From an uncultured delta proteobacterium (GTDB taxonomy: Bacteria > Myxococcota_A > Polyangia > Polyangiales > Polyangiaceae), in assembly GCA_963841435.1 (NCBI GenBank), contig CAWJCS010000004.1:576001-640000 (forward strand): a stretch of 64,000 nt of DNA. Reading direction: 5' to 3'. Below the pieces are notes generated by a model, which saw nothing but the letters and a program-made list of their open reading frames with translations, ran no database searches and had not been told where the DNA came from. Below are positions 37,305-47,383 of the stretch, piece after piece; the stretch's first letter is position 1; each line of letters begins with the position of its first letter. A program made the translations under genes and the position numbers.

Positions 37305-38239
37305 GCGCTCTTGCTCGGGTTTCCGTCGTCGCGCTCAATACGTACCGCGAGGCGGTGCGAGCCCGTATCCTGCACGGCCTTTTCGCGCTCGCCCTGGCCA
37401 CCGACGGCTACGCGCTCGTGGTCGGCGCCTACGCGAGCCGCAGCCGCATGCGCGTCGTCAGTGACCTCGGCGCCGCGTCGATCTCGCTCTACGCCATCAT
37501 CGTTGCCGTCGTGCTCGGCGCCACCTCGCTCTACCGAGAGCTCGAGCTCAAGACGATCTTCCCCGTGCTCGCCAGGCCCATCGCGCGCAGCGAGTACCTC
37601 GTCGGGAAGCTGCTCGGTACCGTGCTCACGCTATTCGTCTTCGTGCTGGCAAACTCGGGGGCGCTCCTGCTCTCCCTCGCCGTGCTTTCGGGGAAGAATC
37701 CGCTCGAGGGCGCCCTCCTCGCCGTGGTGGTGACCGGAGGCGCCGTCGTGCTCGGGCTCCGGCGCCCGCGCCTCGGAACCTATTTGCCGCTCGTCGTTGC
37801 GGTCGTGCTCGCCGTCGCCGGATTCGCGCTCTCGGGCGGCGCGCCGGACGATCGGCGCGTCGTGGCGGGCTCGGCGGCGCTCACGTTGTGTGAGGTGGTC
37901 GTCGTGACGGCGATCGCCACGCTGTTTTCCGCGTTCTCTTCACCGTTTCTCACCGCCGTACTGACTTTCGGGGTGTTCATCGTGGGTCGTTCTGCCGACG
38001 CGCTCGCCAAGCTACCGGCACGCGTCTTCGGCGAGACCATCCACGAGATCGGCGATGCCGTGAGCAAGGTGGTGCCCAATCTGATGGTGTACGTGCCACC
38101 GCGCCCGCTGCTCACCGGTGAAGCCGCAGGCTCGAACCTGACGAGCTACCTCTTGCTTTCGGCCGGCCAGGCGCTCGCCTGGTGCACTTTCCTCGTCGTC
38201 ATCGCAAGCTTCGTCTTCAAGAAGCGCGACTTTTTGTAG
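37301..38239 (+). CDS. ABC-2 type transporter permease (PilI-like)
   Basis: ALNTYREAVR, RELELKTI..LARPI.RSEYLVGK, C-terminal FKKRDF. Confidence 0.85.
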   Translation: MSALARVSVVALNTYREAVRARILHGLFALALATDGYALVVGAYASRSRMRVVSDLGAASISLYAIIVAVVLGATSLYRELELKTIFPVLARPIARSEYLVGKLLGTVLTLFVFVLANSGALLLSLAVLSGKNPLEGALLAVVVTGGAVVLGLRRPRLGTYLPLVVAVVLAVAGFALSGGAPDDRRVVAGSAALTLCEVVVVTAIATLFSAFSSPFLTAVLTFGVFIVGRSADALAKLPARVFGETIHEIGDAVSKVVPNLMVYVPPRPLLTGEAAGSNLTSYLLLSAGQALAWCTFLVVIASFVFKKRDFL

Positions 38240-38246
38240 GTCTGCC

Positions 38247-38894
38247 TTGTCTGTCGGAGTCTGGGTTCGCCGCCTGTCGTACGGCTTCGCCGTGCTCGTG
38301 GTCGCTCTCGCGGTGATGACGTTCCGGGCGGTCCGGGAAGGGGAGGAAGCGCTCGCGGCGAGCGACCGCGCGTTCAACCAGGGCGATCTTGCCGACGCCA
38401 CTTTGCACGCTCGCCGTGCCGCGCTCGCCTACGCGCCCGGCGCTCCGCACACGCGGGCCGCGCTCGCACGACTGCGCGCGATCGCCGTCGGGTCCGAGGG
38501 GGCGGGCGAGCTGGCGACGGCCCGGCTCGCCTGGAGCGCGATTCGTTCGGCGGCGCTCGGTACGCGCCACGTCACCACGCCCTACGCCTCGGAGCTCGAC
38601 GAGGCCAATCGCGCCCTCGAACGCCTCGCGACCCCGACGGACGCCGCGGACCCCTCGGCGCGCTCGCGCGCCGAGGCCGCTGCGCGCCGGGCGCTCGAAA
38701 GGACCCCGGGACCGTCGCCGGGGGCGGTTGGGGGGCTGCTTTTCGGGGCGGCGCTCGCTGCGCTCGGTCTGTGGCTCGTCGCCGCGCGCGGCATCACCCG
38801 TGAGGGCAGGCCCGTCGTGCGGGGGCTCCTGCTCGGTCTCGCCGTGCTCGCGGTCGGTGCCGCTTGTTGGACCTGGGCGGCCTACCGGGCGTAA
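38247..38894 (+). CDS. Hypothetical membrane protein
   Basis: One N-terminal and two C-terminal TMs; fills the gap in the operon. Confidence 0.65.
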   Translation: MSVGVWVRRLSYGFAVLVVALAVMTFRAVREGEEALAASDRAFNQGDLADATLHARRAALAYAPGAPHTRAALARLRAIAVGSEGAGELATARLAWSAIRSAALGTRHVTTPYASELDEANRALERLATPTDAADPSARSRAEAAARRALERTPGPSPGAVGGLLFGAALAALGLWLVAARGITREGRPVVRGLLLGLAVLAVGAACWTWAAYRA

Positions 38895-38904
38895 AACAGC
38901 GGCG

Positions 38905-39915
38905 ATGGCTGCCCGCGCGCGCCCTACCGAGGGGGAACCGGAGCCCGCGGTCAACGACGCGCTCTCCCGGCTGGTGCGTCGCTTCGCCGAGCACCTGGCG
39001 AGCGAACGACGGGCCTCCCGCCACACGGTGCTCGCCTACCGCGGTGATCTCGAAAAACTCACCGCGTTCGCTCGTCAGCGCGGCGCCGCCCGCATCGATG
39101 ACATCGACAAGCTGCTTTTGCGCTCGTGGCTCGCCGCGCTCGCGCGCGACGTTTCCCCTACGACGCTCGCTCGCAAGCTTGCGAGCGTGCGCGCTTTCTT
39201 CGGCTGGCTCGAGCGCGAGACCATGCTCAAGAGGAACCCCGCCCACCAGCTTGCGAGCCCCAAGCTGCGCCGCAAGCTGCCGCGCTTTCTGCCGGCGGCC
39301 GCGGCGGGCGAGGTCATGGAAGCTCCCCGCGGCTCCAACGCGAGCGAGATCGAGCGGGTGCGCGACACCGCGCTGCTCGAGGTGCTTTACGGTTCGGGGC
39401 TACGCGTCAGCGAGCTCGTGGGCCTCGATCTCGATCACGTTGCGCTGGAAGAAGGTTTTTTGCGGGTGCTCGGCAAGGGCAACAAGGAACGCATCGTGCC
39501 GATCGGGCGTCTCGCCAAAGAGGCTGTAGAGGGCTACCTCGGCCGACGACCGGAGCTTCGCCACCCGAAGACCGGCGCGCAAGACGTGCGAGCCTTGTTT
39601 CTGTCGCTCCGCGGCTCGCGCCTCGGCGTTCGGCGCGTGCAGACGCTGGTCCAGCACTATGGCGCCATCGGCACGGGCCGTGGAGACCTGCACCCTCACG
39701 CGCTCCGGCACTCCTGCGCGACGCACCTGCTCGAAGGTGGCGCCGATCTGCGTGCCATCCAGGAGCTGCTCGGGCACTCGAGCCTCGCGACGACACAGCG
39801 CTACACGCACGTGTCCATCGACCAGCTTCTCGCGGTTTACGACCGTGCACACCCGCTGGCGCGGAAAGCGGCGCGGCGGGCGGGCCGTCCCCCGGTGCCG
39901 GAGCGCGACGAGTGA
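38905..39915 (+). CDS. xerC: Tyrosine recombinase XerC
   Basis: ERRASRHT..AY..DL, LYGSGLRVSEL, GKGNKERIVP, HPHALRHSCATHLLEGGADLR.IQELLGH..L.TTQRYTHV. Confidence 0.9.
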   Translation: MAARARPTEGEPEPAVNDALSRLVRRFAEHLASERRASRHTVLAYRGDLEKLTAFARQRGAARIDDIDKLLLRSWLAALARDVSPTTLARKLASVRAFFGWLERETMLKRNPAHQLASPKLRRKLPRFLPAAAAGEVMEAPRGSNASEIERVRDTALLEVLYGSGLRVSELVGLDLDHVALEEGFLRVLGKGNKERIVPIGRLAKEAVEGYLGRRPELRHPKTGAQDVRALFLSLRGSRLGVRRVQTLVQHYGAIGTGRGDLHPHALRHSCATHLLEGGADLRAIQELLGHSSLATTQRYTHVSIDQLLAVYDRAHPLARKAARRAGRPPVPERDE

Positions 39916-42131
39916 AGGGCTCCGCCGCCAATCCGCGAGGGGTCGGGGCTCTCACGGCTTCGCTGGCGGGGTCGGGGCTCGGTACCGTCATCGCGAGCGT
40001 CGTCGATGCTGGGTACGCCGCTCAGGGTCGTCCGTCGCTTTCGCTCGTGCTCGCGGAGCTCGGGCTTCTGGCGCCGCTCGGCGTTTTCGTGGGCATTTTC
40101 GTGGGTCTCACGCGGTGGCTCTTGCTTCCGTCGGATTGGCCCCGCGTGGGCGCGCGCCTCGCGGCGCTCGCCGACCGACCAATCGCGGAACGGCGTTCGC
40201 TCGCGCTCGCCGTGGCGGTGGGGGCCGCGAGCGCGGTCATAGGTCTCGTCGTCGGGACGCGCGTGGGCCTCGCGGTCCTCGCAGGGGCGGCGTCGCCGCG
40301 GGCCTCCGGAGCGGCGCTCGGGCTCGCGACCTGTGGCCTCGCGCTCGTCTTTTCGGTGGTGACGCTCGGGGCGGGCAAGCTGGCCGAGCGTCTCGAGCGC
40401 TTCGACCCGCATCCCGTGCGTACGGGCTTGCTTTCGCTCGGCGCGCTCGTCGGCGTGGTCGCCGCGCTCGTCGTGGGTGGGACGACGAGCGGGGCAGGTG
40501 GCAAGCTCGCGGTGTTCGGGGTGTTCAAGCGCGAGGAGCTCGATTTGCGCGGCGTCGCGCTCGTGCTCGTCATGGCGCTGCTTTCGCTCGCCGCGCCCGC
40601 CGCCCGTCGCGGGGTCGGTCGGGCGCTCGTCGCTCTGCTCGGCCTCGCGCCGCTCGCCTTCTTGCCTCGTACGGCTACGACCGGCCTCGACCGCGACGGC
40701 GCGCTCGCCATCGAGCGCCACGCTCCGCTCGGCAAGCCCGCGCTCGCGCTGGCCCGGCGCGCCGCAGACCGCGACCACGACGGTGTTTCGGCGCTGTTCT
40801 TCGGCGGCGATTGCGTCGAGGGTGACCCTCGCATCAATCCCGCGGCCGACGACATTCCCGGCAACGGTATCGATGAAGACTGCTCGGGCTCGGACGCCAG
40901 TCCCGTATCGCGCAAGAAGCCCGCCCACGCGCCGCGGCCGGTCGAAGCGGGTGAGTTCATCAAGACACACGTCCCCGAGCGCCCCAACGTCATGCTCATC
41001 ACCATCGACGCGACGCGCGCCGAGCTCGGCTTCACGGGCTACACGCGGCCGATCTCCCCGCACCTCGATGCGCTCGCGAAGGAAAGCACGGTGTTCGAGA
41101 ACGCCTATTCGCTCGCGTCGTACACGAGTAAGAGCCTCGCCCCGATGCTGATTGGGCGCTACGGCTCGGAAACGCATCGTGGCTGGCTCCACTTCAATCG
41201 TTTCAGCCGCGCCGACGTCTTCCTACCCGAACGCTTGAAGCGCGCGGGGATCTACACGGTGAGCGTCCAGGGCCACTGGTACTTCTTCAAGAACTACGGG
41301 ATGGAGCGCGGCTACGACCTCATCGACACCAAGGCGACACCTGCCGACCAGCCCATCGAGGGTGATCGCTCGTCGAACGGTGACGAGCTCAGCGACCGCA
41401 TCATCGCGACGCTCGAGCGGCCCGAGCTCGAGGCGCGCCAGTTCTTCTTGTGGTCCCACTACATCGACCCGCACGCGGAATACGTGCCGCACGACGATTT
41501 CGACTTCGGTCACCACGGTCGGGAGCGCTACGACGGTGAGATCGCGTTCGTCGATCATCACCTTGGACGCGTGCTCGACGCGCTCGCGAAGCGTCCCTTC
41601 GCGAAACGCACCGTCATCATCGTGACGAGTGATCACGGCGAAGCCTTTGGGGAGCACGGCCTGTACCGCCACGGCTTCGAGCTCTGGGAGGAGCTCGTGC
41701 GAGTTCCGCTCGTGATTTTCGTGCCGGGCGCGGGGCCACGCCGCGTGTCCGTGCCGCGCAGCGCGATCGACATCGCGCCGACGGTGCTCGACCTGTTCGG
41801 CATCGAACCGCCCGCCGCCGACGCCAAGGACGCATTGCGGGGCGAGTCGTTGCTACCGGACGTGGTAGGTCCGCCCGGCGAGGTGCCGACGCCCCGGCCG
41901 ATCTACATCGATATGCCAGCGGGGCCCTACAACGACGAGCGGCAGGCTTACATCGAGGATGGGCTCAAGCTCATCACGAGCCTCGGGCGGCCGCTCGGGC
42001 TCTACGACCTTCGCACCGACCCGGGCGAGAAGCGCGATCTGTCGGACGACCGCGCGAAGCTTTCGCCGATGCTCGACAAGACCAAGGCTTTCCGGCGCGC
42101 GCTCGACGAGGTGGTCGAGCATCCCAACTGA
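39912..42131 (+). CDS. Membrane-bound sulfatase-like/LtaS-like (alkaline phosphatase superfamily) hydrolase/transferase with MopE-like motif
   Basis: Multiple TMs; DRDHDG..GGDC...PGNGIDEDC; NVMLITIDATR, SYTSKS, DPH, SDHGE..GEHG..HG. Confidence 0.85.
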   Translation: MKGSAANPRGVGALTASLAGSGLGTVIASVVDAGYAAQGRPSLSLVLAELGLLAPLGVFVGIFVGLTRWLLLPSDWPRVGARLAALADRPIAERRSLALAVAVGAASAVIGLVVGTRVGLAVLAGAASPRASGAALGLATCGLALVFSVVTLGAGKLAERLERFDPHPVRTGLLSLGALVGVVAALVVGGTTSGAGGKLAVFGVFKREELDLRGVALVLVMALLSLAAPAARRGVGRALVALLGLAPLAFLPRTATTGLDRDGALAIERHAPLGKPALALARRAADRDHDGVSALFFGGDCVEGDPRINPAADDIPGNGIDEDCSGSDASPVSRKKPAHAPRPVEAGEFIKTHVPERPNVMLITIDATRAELGFTGYTRPISPHLDALAKESTVFENAYSLASYTSKSLAPMLIGRYGSETHRGWLHFNRFSRADVFLPERLKRAGIYTVSVQGHWYFFKNYGMERGYDLIDTKATPADQPIEGDRSSNGDELSDRIIATLERPELEARQFFLWSHYIDPHAEYVPHDDFDFGHHGRERYDGEIAFVDHHLGRVLDALAKRPFAKRTVIIVTSDHGEAFGEHGLYRHGFELWEELVRVPLVIFVPGAGPRRVSVPRSAIDIAPTVLDLFGIEPPAADAKDALRGESLLPDVVGPPGEVPTPRPIYIDMPAGPYNDERQAYIEDGLKLITSLGRPLGLYDLRTDPGEKRDLSDDRAKLSPMLDKTKAFRRALDEVVEHPN

Positions 42132-42135
42132 GGGC

Positions 42136-43122
42136 TCAGCCTCGCGGGCCGACGAGCGGCGCGAACGCGTCGGACTGGGCCAAGAGGCCCGGCAAGCCGC
42201 CCGTGTGGAGGTAGAGGGCGCGCGCGGGCTTCGGATCGAGCCGGCTCAAGCCGAACAGCGCCTTGCCCGTGTAGACCGGGTCGACGAGCAAGCCCGTCCG
42301 CCGCGCGACCTCGACCATGAAGGCGAGCTGCTCGTCACTCGCGAGCCCGTACGCGGGCCCCTTGAAAGCGTCGTGAAGCGTGGTCGTGGCGGTCGGGTCG
42401 AGCTCCGGATCGAGGTCGCACGCCTCGGCCACGATGCGAGCGACGACGCCCTCGAAGTAGGCGCGGTCGTCGCAAACGGCCATGGCGTGTGCCTCGCGCG
42501 CCACACCGTGACGGCGTATCCCGAGTGCGACCCCGGCCGCCGTGCCGCCCGACCCGCAGGCGTGCACGACCGCATCGAAGGTGCGTCCGCCCGCGAGCCC
42601 GGCGTCGAGCTGCGCGCGCACCTCGCCCATGGCGTCGACGTAGCCGAGCGCGCCGAGCCCGTTCGAGCCGCCCTCCGGAATGACGTAGCCGATACCCCCG
42701 GCGTCGTTCACGGCTGCGCGAGCTTCTTCGAGCAGCACGGCGCGAGCGCGATACTCGGCCGGCGTGATGAAGCGTACCGTCGCGCCGACCAGGTAGTCGA
42801 GCATCAGGTTGCCGACGACGGGCGGCGGCGCCGACGGCTCGGGCGTGCGCAGGAGCAGGACGCTCGAGAGGCCGAGCTCCGCCGCGACAATCGCCGTCGC
42901 GCGGGCGTGGTTCGACTGATGACCGCCGCACGTGACGAGCGTCGTGGCACCGCGCTCGAGGGCGTCCGCCGCGAGGTATTCGAGCTTGCGGATCTTGTTC
43001 CCGGCGGCCCCGCCCGCCGTGAGATCGTCGCGCTTGACCCACACCTCGGTCCCGACGAGCCGATCGAGGGCGTCGTGGTGGAAGAGCGGCGTCGGTAAGT
43101 ACGCGAGCGTCAGCTTGTTCAT
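42136..43122 (-). CDS. D-cysteine desulfhydrase / ACC deaminase family PLP enzyme
   Basis: PTPL, KRDD....GNKIRKL, QSNH, IPEGGSN, GSGGT, DPVYTGKA, LHTGG. Confidence 0.92.
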   Translation of the reverse strand: MNKLTLAYLPTPLFHHDALDRLVGTEVWVKRDDLTAGGAAGNKIRKLEYLAADALERGATTLVTCGGHQSNHARATAIVAAELGLSSVLLLRTPEPSAPPPVVGNLMLDYLVGATVRFITPAEYRARAVLLEEARAAVNDAGGIGYVIPEGGSNGLGALGYVDAMGEVRAQLDAGLAGGRTFDAVVHACGSGGTAAGVALGIRRHGVAREAHAMAVCDDRAYFEGVVARIVAEACDLDPELDPTATTTLHDAFKGPAYGLASDEQLAFMVEVARRTGLLVDPVYTGKALFGLSRLDPKPARALYLHTGGLPGLLAQSDAFAPLVGPRG

Positions 43123-43619
43123 GGTGGTCCGAGCTCCAAGAGGGGCGCCTCGCGCTCCACCTTGTCGCCGGCGCGAACGAGGATGCGAGCGACGGCGCCG
43201 GCACGCGGTGCCGCTATTTCGTTTTCCATCTTCATGGCCTCGACCACGACGAGCCCCGCGCCCGCTTCGACGCGCTCGCCTTCGGCGACCAGCACCTTCA
43301 CGACGCGTCCGGGCATGGGAGCCGTCACCAAACCGGGATGTCCCGTCGCCGGGCCCCGCTCGCGCGCGCGCGCGCCCTCGGTCTGTACCTCGACCTCGCG
43401 TCCGCCTGCGAGCTCGTAGCGCCCCGGCGCGGTGCCCGGTGCGAGCTCGAGCACGCGGCGGCCGACGCGCACGACGAGCGTGGGGTGCGTCGCGAGCACC
43501 GTGACCTCGCGGCTCTCGCCTCCCTCGATCGCCACGGCGTAGCTCGTTGCGTCCCGTGCTCGAACCACGAACGTCAGCTTGCTGCCGTCAACTCGCACGC
43601 GGTGCCGCCGTCCCGTCAT
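43119..43619 (-). CDS. Acyl-CoA carboxylase biotin carboxyl carrier subunit
   Basis: APMPGRV, EAMKMENEI biotinylation motif. Confidence 0.92.
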   Translation of the reverse strand: MTGRRHRVRVDGSKLTFVVRARDATSYAVAIEGGESREVTVLATHPTLVVRVGRRVLELAPGTAPGRYELAGGREVEVQTEGARARERGPATGHPGLVTAPMPGRVVKVLVAEGERVEAGAGLVVVEAMKMENEIAAPRAGAVARILVRAGDKVEREAPLLELGPP

Positions 43620-43697
43620 CTCGAAGCTTCGAGCTTAGTACCGCTTCGCCCGTTCTCCGCGGGCGCTGACGTTGTCGCAGAAAACGAGGGCTTGGCG

Positions 43698-44012
43698 CTA
43701 CTTGGCGGTGCCGCCGGCCGCGTCGGAGCAGATCACGGTCACGCGGTTCGGGGTGTACACGAAGAGGGTCAAGACCGAGACGACGCCCGTGAAAAAGTCG
43801 GGAGCTACGTGGATCTCGGCCCAGCCGCGGGGGCAGATGCGCTCGAGCTCGTAGGGTGGGCCGCCCTCGACGGTGCCGAGCAGCCAGGCGCTGTGCCAAT
43901 GCGCGTCGTAGCCCGACGCGATGTCGCCGGGCGGGCGGCCGCTGTACAGCCGGGTTTCGGCGCAGGAGGCGGCCGAGAGGCCGAACAGGGCGATCAGCGC
44001 GCTTCGACGCAC
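43698..44012 (-). CDS. Bor/Iss-like lipoprotein
   Basis: Lipobox AASC; ICP.G, TLFVYTP...VIC pattern. Confidence 0.7.
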   Translation of the reverse strand: MRRSALIALFGLSAASCAETRLYSGRPPGDIASGYDAHWHSAWLLGTVEGGPPYELERICPRGWAEIHVAPDFFTGVVSVLTLFVYTPNRVTVICSDAAGGTAK

Positions 44013-44254
44013 GTGATGACGACCTCCCTCGGCGTGTACAAGCCAAGCGTGACGATGCCCGCCAGCACCGTGAGTGGCGTTGGCGACACGCTGATGCGGC
44101 GCGCCCAGCCGCTCGGGCACACGTCGCGCACGTCGAGCTCGCGGTCGCCGAGGGTGCCGAGCACGTAGCTTTGCATGAACGCGACGCGCCCTCTGGGCCG
44201 GTGGGCCCCGCAGGCGGTCGCGGTGCAGAGCGCGAGCCCCAGACCGAGGGTCAT
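43994..44254 (-). CDS. Bor/Iss-like lipoprotein
   Basis: Lipobox ATAC; VCPSG, TLGLYTPREVVITC. Confidence 0.7.
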   Translation of the reverse strand: MTLGLGLALCTATACGAHRPRGRVAFMQSYVLGTLGDRELDVRDVCPSGWARRISVSPTPLTVLAGIVTLGLYTPREVVITCVEAR

Positions 44255-44289
44255 TCGGGTGGCACGGCTAAGGTCCGAGGTGACCTCCG

Positions 44290-44361
44290 TGGGCGCAGCA
44301 GGGATCGAACCTGCGACTTCGTCCGTGTGAAGGACGCACTCTACCGCTGAGTTATGCGCCC
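44290..44361 (-). tRNA. tRNA-Val(CAC)
   Basis: GGGCGCATAACTCAGCGGTAGAGTGCGTCCTT-CAC-ACGGACGAAGTCGCAGGTTCGATCCCTGCTGCGCCCA folds as a cloverleaf; CCA not encoded. Confidence 0.96.
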
Positions 44362-44427
44362 GAAAAAACCGGGAGCCTCTCTAGCGCGCTCGGCTTCCGC
44401 CCGCAATAGTAGTAGACGACCCACCCG

Positions 44428-45264
44428 ATGACGAACCCCGCTGAGCCTCCGCCGGGCCAGGGCCCGGAGGCCCCGCCCGAGCCCGCTCGCGTCGAGCAGG
44501 AGCTCGTGAGCGCGCCGCCGGGAAACCTTGCCCTTGGGCCGACCACCGCGGAGGCCTTTTCCCCGCAAACCGACGTGGAGCTCGCCGTCGTCCGCGCGCG
44601 CCATCGCGACAAGATCCTCGGGCTTGCCATCGTCGCCGCGACGTTCCTTTTCGGTCTCGGCGTCTCGGTGTGGGCGAAGCACGCTTCGCGGCCGGAGACC
44701 AGCGAGCCGCCCGGGCCTCCCACGACCGTTGGCGTGATCGGCTTCCCGTATCGGGTGGACGTCGTGGCGACGCTTCCGGCGGCCCGCGGCGCGACGAAGC
44801 GGACGCTCCTCAGGGGCATCGTCCTCGACGGGGTGCGGAGCGACGGGACGCTCAATCTCACCGAGGGACCGGGCCGCGCCCGCTACGTCTTCCAGAGCCC
44901 ACCGGGGCGCGGCCCGCAGCCGGCCCAGGCCGGCCCGCCGAGCCTGCGTCACGTCTATTGCGGCCGTCAGGAGGTTCAGCTCCGGCACGAGGGGTTGGTG
45001 GCGGCCGCCGATCAGGCTGCAACGCCGTGCCCGCCAGAAGACCTGACGCCGCTGCCCGACCCGCAGTGCTCGCTCGCCGCAATCTGGCAGCACGCGATCA
45101 AGAAGGGAATTCGCGGCGACCGGCTCGCGCACGTCGAGTACTACCGGGCGAACGGTGGTCCTGCCTGGCGCTTCGACTTGCGAGAAGGGGGCAAGCGGTT
45201 CGTCCTGTACGGCGACTGTCGCCGCGAGCTTCGAGGCACCTCCGCGTCGGGCCACGTGCCGTGA
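44428..45264 (+). CDS. Hypothetical single-pass membrane protein with Cys-containing extracytoplasmic domain
   Basis: TM (ILGLAIVAATFLFGLGVSVWA); four Cys; GTGA overlap with the LacI gene. Confidence 0.65.
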   Translation: MTNPAEPPPGQGPEAPPEPARVEQELVSAPPGNLALGPTTAEAFSPQTDVELAVVRARHRDKILGLAIVAATFLFGLGVSVWAKHASRPETSEPPGPPTTVGVIGFPYRVDVVATLPAARGATKRTLLRGIVLDGVRSDGTLNLTEGPGRARYVFQSPPGRGPQPAQAGPPSLRHVYCGRQEVQLRHEGLVAAADQAATPCPPEDLTPLPDPQCSLAAIWQHAIKKGIRGDRLAHVEYYRANGGPAWRFDLREGGKRFVLYGDCRRELRGTSASGHVP

Positions 45265-46307
45265 AGCGAGCGACGATCAAGGACGTTGCTCGCCGCGCTG
45301 GAGTCTCGACGGCCACCGTTTCGTTCGTGCTCAACGCCAACCCGAAGGAGGCGATCAGCGAAGGGGTCAGGCGCCGTGTGCTCGATGCAGCGCGTGGGCT
45401 GAGCTATCACCCGAGCGCCGCCGCGGCCGCGCTCGCCAGACGGCGCGTGCGCAACGTGGCGCTCGTCTTTTACAAGGACGTCGACACGATCACGAACCAG
45501 TTTTACTCGTTCGTCGTGCAGGGGGCGGTGAAGGAAGCGCTCGAGCGCGACTACGACCTGCTCTTTTCGTACGTCAACTCGACGTACGGCGGGTACGAAA
45601 GCCTGCCCAAGATCGTGCGCGAGAAGAATGCGGGCGGGGTGTTGTTCATGCGCCGCATCGAACCGCGGATGATCAAGGACATCCGCGCCCTGGGGATCCC
45701 CGTGGTCGCCGTCAACAACGCGCCGCGCCTCGACGGCATCGATTCGGTACAGATCGACAACCGGCGCGGCGGCGCGCTTGCCGCCGAGCACCTGGCTCAG
45801 CTGGGCCACGAGCGCGTCGCCATGCTCGTTCCGCGCAACCCGGCGCCGAGCGTGGAAGAGCGGCTCGAAGGCTTCCGGGTCGGTCTCGACAAGCACGACC
45901 TGCGCTTCACGAAGACGCAAAGCATCGTCACGGCGGAGGCGCTCAACTACGAGGCGGGCTATCTTGCGGCGCTCTCGACGCTCCGCAAGACGACGCTGAC
46001 GGGGCTCTTCTGCTCGAACGACGAGATGGCGGCCGGCGTGCTGCGCGCGGCGCACGAGCTGGGGCGCCGCGTGCCGCACGATCTCAGCGTCGTCGGCTTC
46101 GACGACATCACGATGGCAAACTACACCGATCCGCCGCTGACGACGGTGGGCGTCGTGAAGGAGCACATGGGGCGCCGCGCCATGGCGCGCCTCATCGAGC
46201 TCGTCGAGCACACGGACACGAAAGTGAAGACCGAGCTTGCGCCCGTCGAGCTCGTCATCCGTGCCTCGACGGGCGTCCTGCGCGAGCGCAGCAGCCGGCG
46301 CGGCTGA
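45261..46307 (+). CDS. LacI family transcriptional regulator
   Basis: ATIKDVARRAGVSTATVSFVLN HTH; VPHDLSVVGFDD, PPLTTV, LVIRAST. Confidence 0.96.
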   Translation: MKRATIKDVARRAGVSTATVSFVLNANPKEAISEGVRRRVLDAARGLSYHPSAAAAALARRRVRNVALVFYKDVDTITNQFYSFVVQGAVKEALERDYDLLFSYVNSTYGGYESLPKIVREKNAGGVLFMRRIEPRMIKDIRALGIPVVAVNNAPRLDGIDSVQIDNRRGGALAAEHLAQLGHERVAMLVPRNPAPSVEERLEGFRVGLDKHDLRFTKTQSIVTAEALNYEAGYLAALSTLRKTTLTGLFCSNDEMAAGVLRAAHELGRRVPHDLSVVGFDDITMANYTDPPLTTVGVVKEHMGRRAMARLIELVEHTDTKVKTELAPVELVIRASTGVLRERSSRRG

Positions 46308-46382
46308 GCAGGCCGGTCCGCGGGCTCGAGGAGCGGTGGTACCGCCGCCGGTTCGGGTTACGGCGGCCGAGAGGAGCGCGTC

Positions 46383-47331
46383 CTAGGTCCGGGTCTGCCC
46401 AGCGAGGCAGGCCCGGACCAGCGCGTTGAACCGTACCCGTCGCGACGCATTGCACCGTGTCGGCGCCGCCGTAGTAGACCTTCACCTCGCCGTCGCTCTC
46501 GACGACGGCACCGGAGGTGAAGACGACGCTCGGGGTCTGCCCCACGAGCTCGTAGGGCTCTTCGGGCTCGAGGATCGCCTCGCGCGCGAGGCCGAGCAGG
46601 CGCGAGGGATCGCGCAAATCCAGAAGGCAGACGCCGAGCTGATACACGTAGTGCTGCGCGCACTGCGTGCGCACGCCGTGGAAGATCGTGAGCCAGCCTT
46701 CCTTGGTGCGAATCGGCATGGCGCCGGGGCCAATCTTCGTCCAGGCCCAGCGCACCTGTGCGTTGCGCAGCACGCAGCGCGACTTGCCCCAGAAGATCAG
46801 ATCCGGCGAATACGAGATCCACATGTCGCCGAAGTTGCCGCCGGTGTTGGGGCGCTCGAGGCGCGCGTAGAGCCCCCCGATCTTCTCGGGGAACAGGACC
46901 CCGTTGCGGTTGTCCGGCGCCGACACGTGGCCGAGCCAGTCGAAGTGATCGAAATCGCGGGTGCGAAGCAGGCTCAGGCGGCAGCCGTGACCGCTGTGCG
47001 CGGCGTGCATCAAGTAAAACTGGCCGTCCAGCTCCGTGATGCGCGGGTCGTAGTACATGCCCGCCGTGTACTCCGCGAAGTCCGGGTCGCCGTGGGGCAG
47101 CTCCGCGGGTGCGGGCCGCGGCGTGAAGCGATAGCCGTCGTCGCTATCGGCGACCCAGATGCGGTTGACGAGCGCGGCGTCCTCGACACGGCACGCCATC
47201 ACGTAGGCTGCGCCGTGCTTGATGATCCCGGAGTTGAAGACGCGCTTGATGCCGGAACCGGCCGGAAAATCACGCCCGGTGAGGATGGGATTTTTCGGAT
47301 AGCGGCGGAGCAACGGCGAGGAGGCGGTCAC
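46383..47331 (-). CDS. Glycoside hydrolase family 130 beta-mannoside phosphorylase; probable 1-nt insertion near the 3' end (46429-46430)
   Basis: RYPKNPIL, VFNSG, YYDPRI, NRNGVLFPEKI, KIGPG, VYYGGADT; as assembled it reads on to 46255 into the convergent LacI gene. Confidence 0.9.
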
Positions 47332-47383
47332 GCGAGGGTCTCGCCGTGTAACAGGCGAGTCCGGCTCCGTCAAACCTCGCGGG

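Noticed and set aside
38905-39915. Tyrosine recombinase as a phage or island integrase
   Set aside because: Housekeeping XerC signature, embedded in an operon, no att sites or mobile genes; no dif-like site seen.
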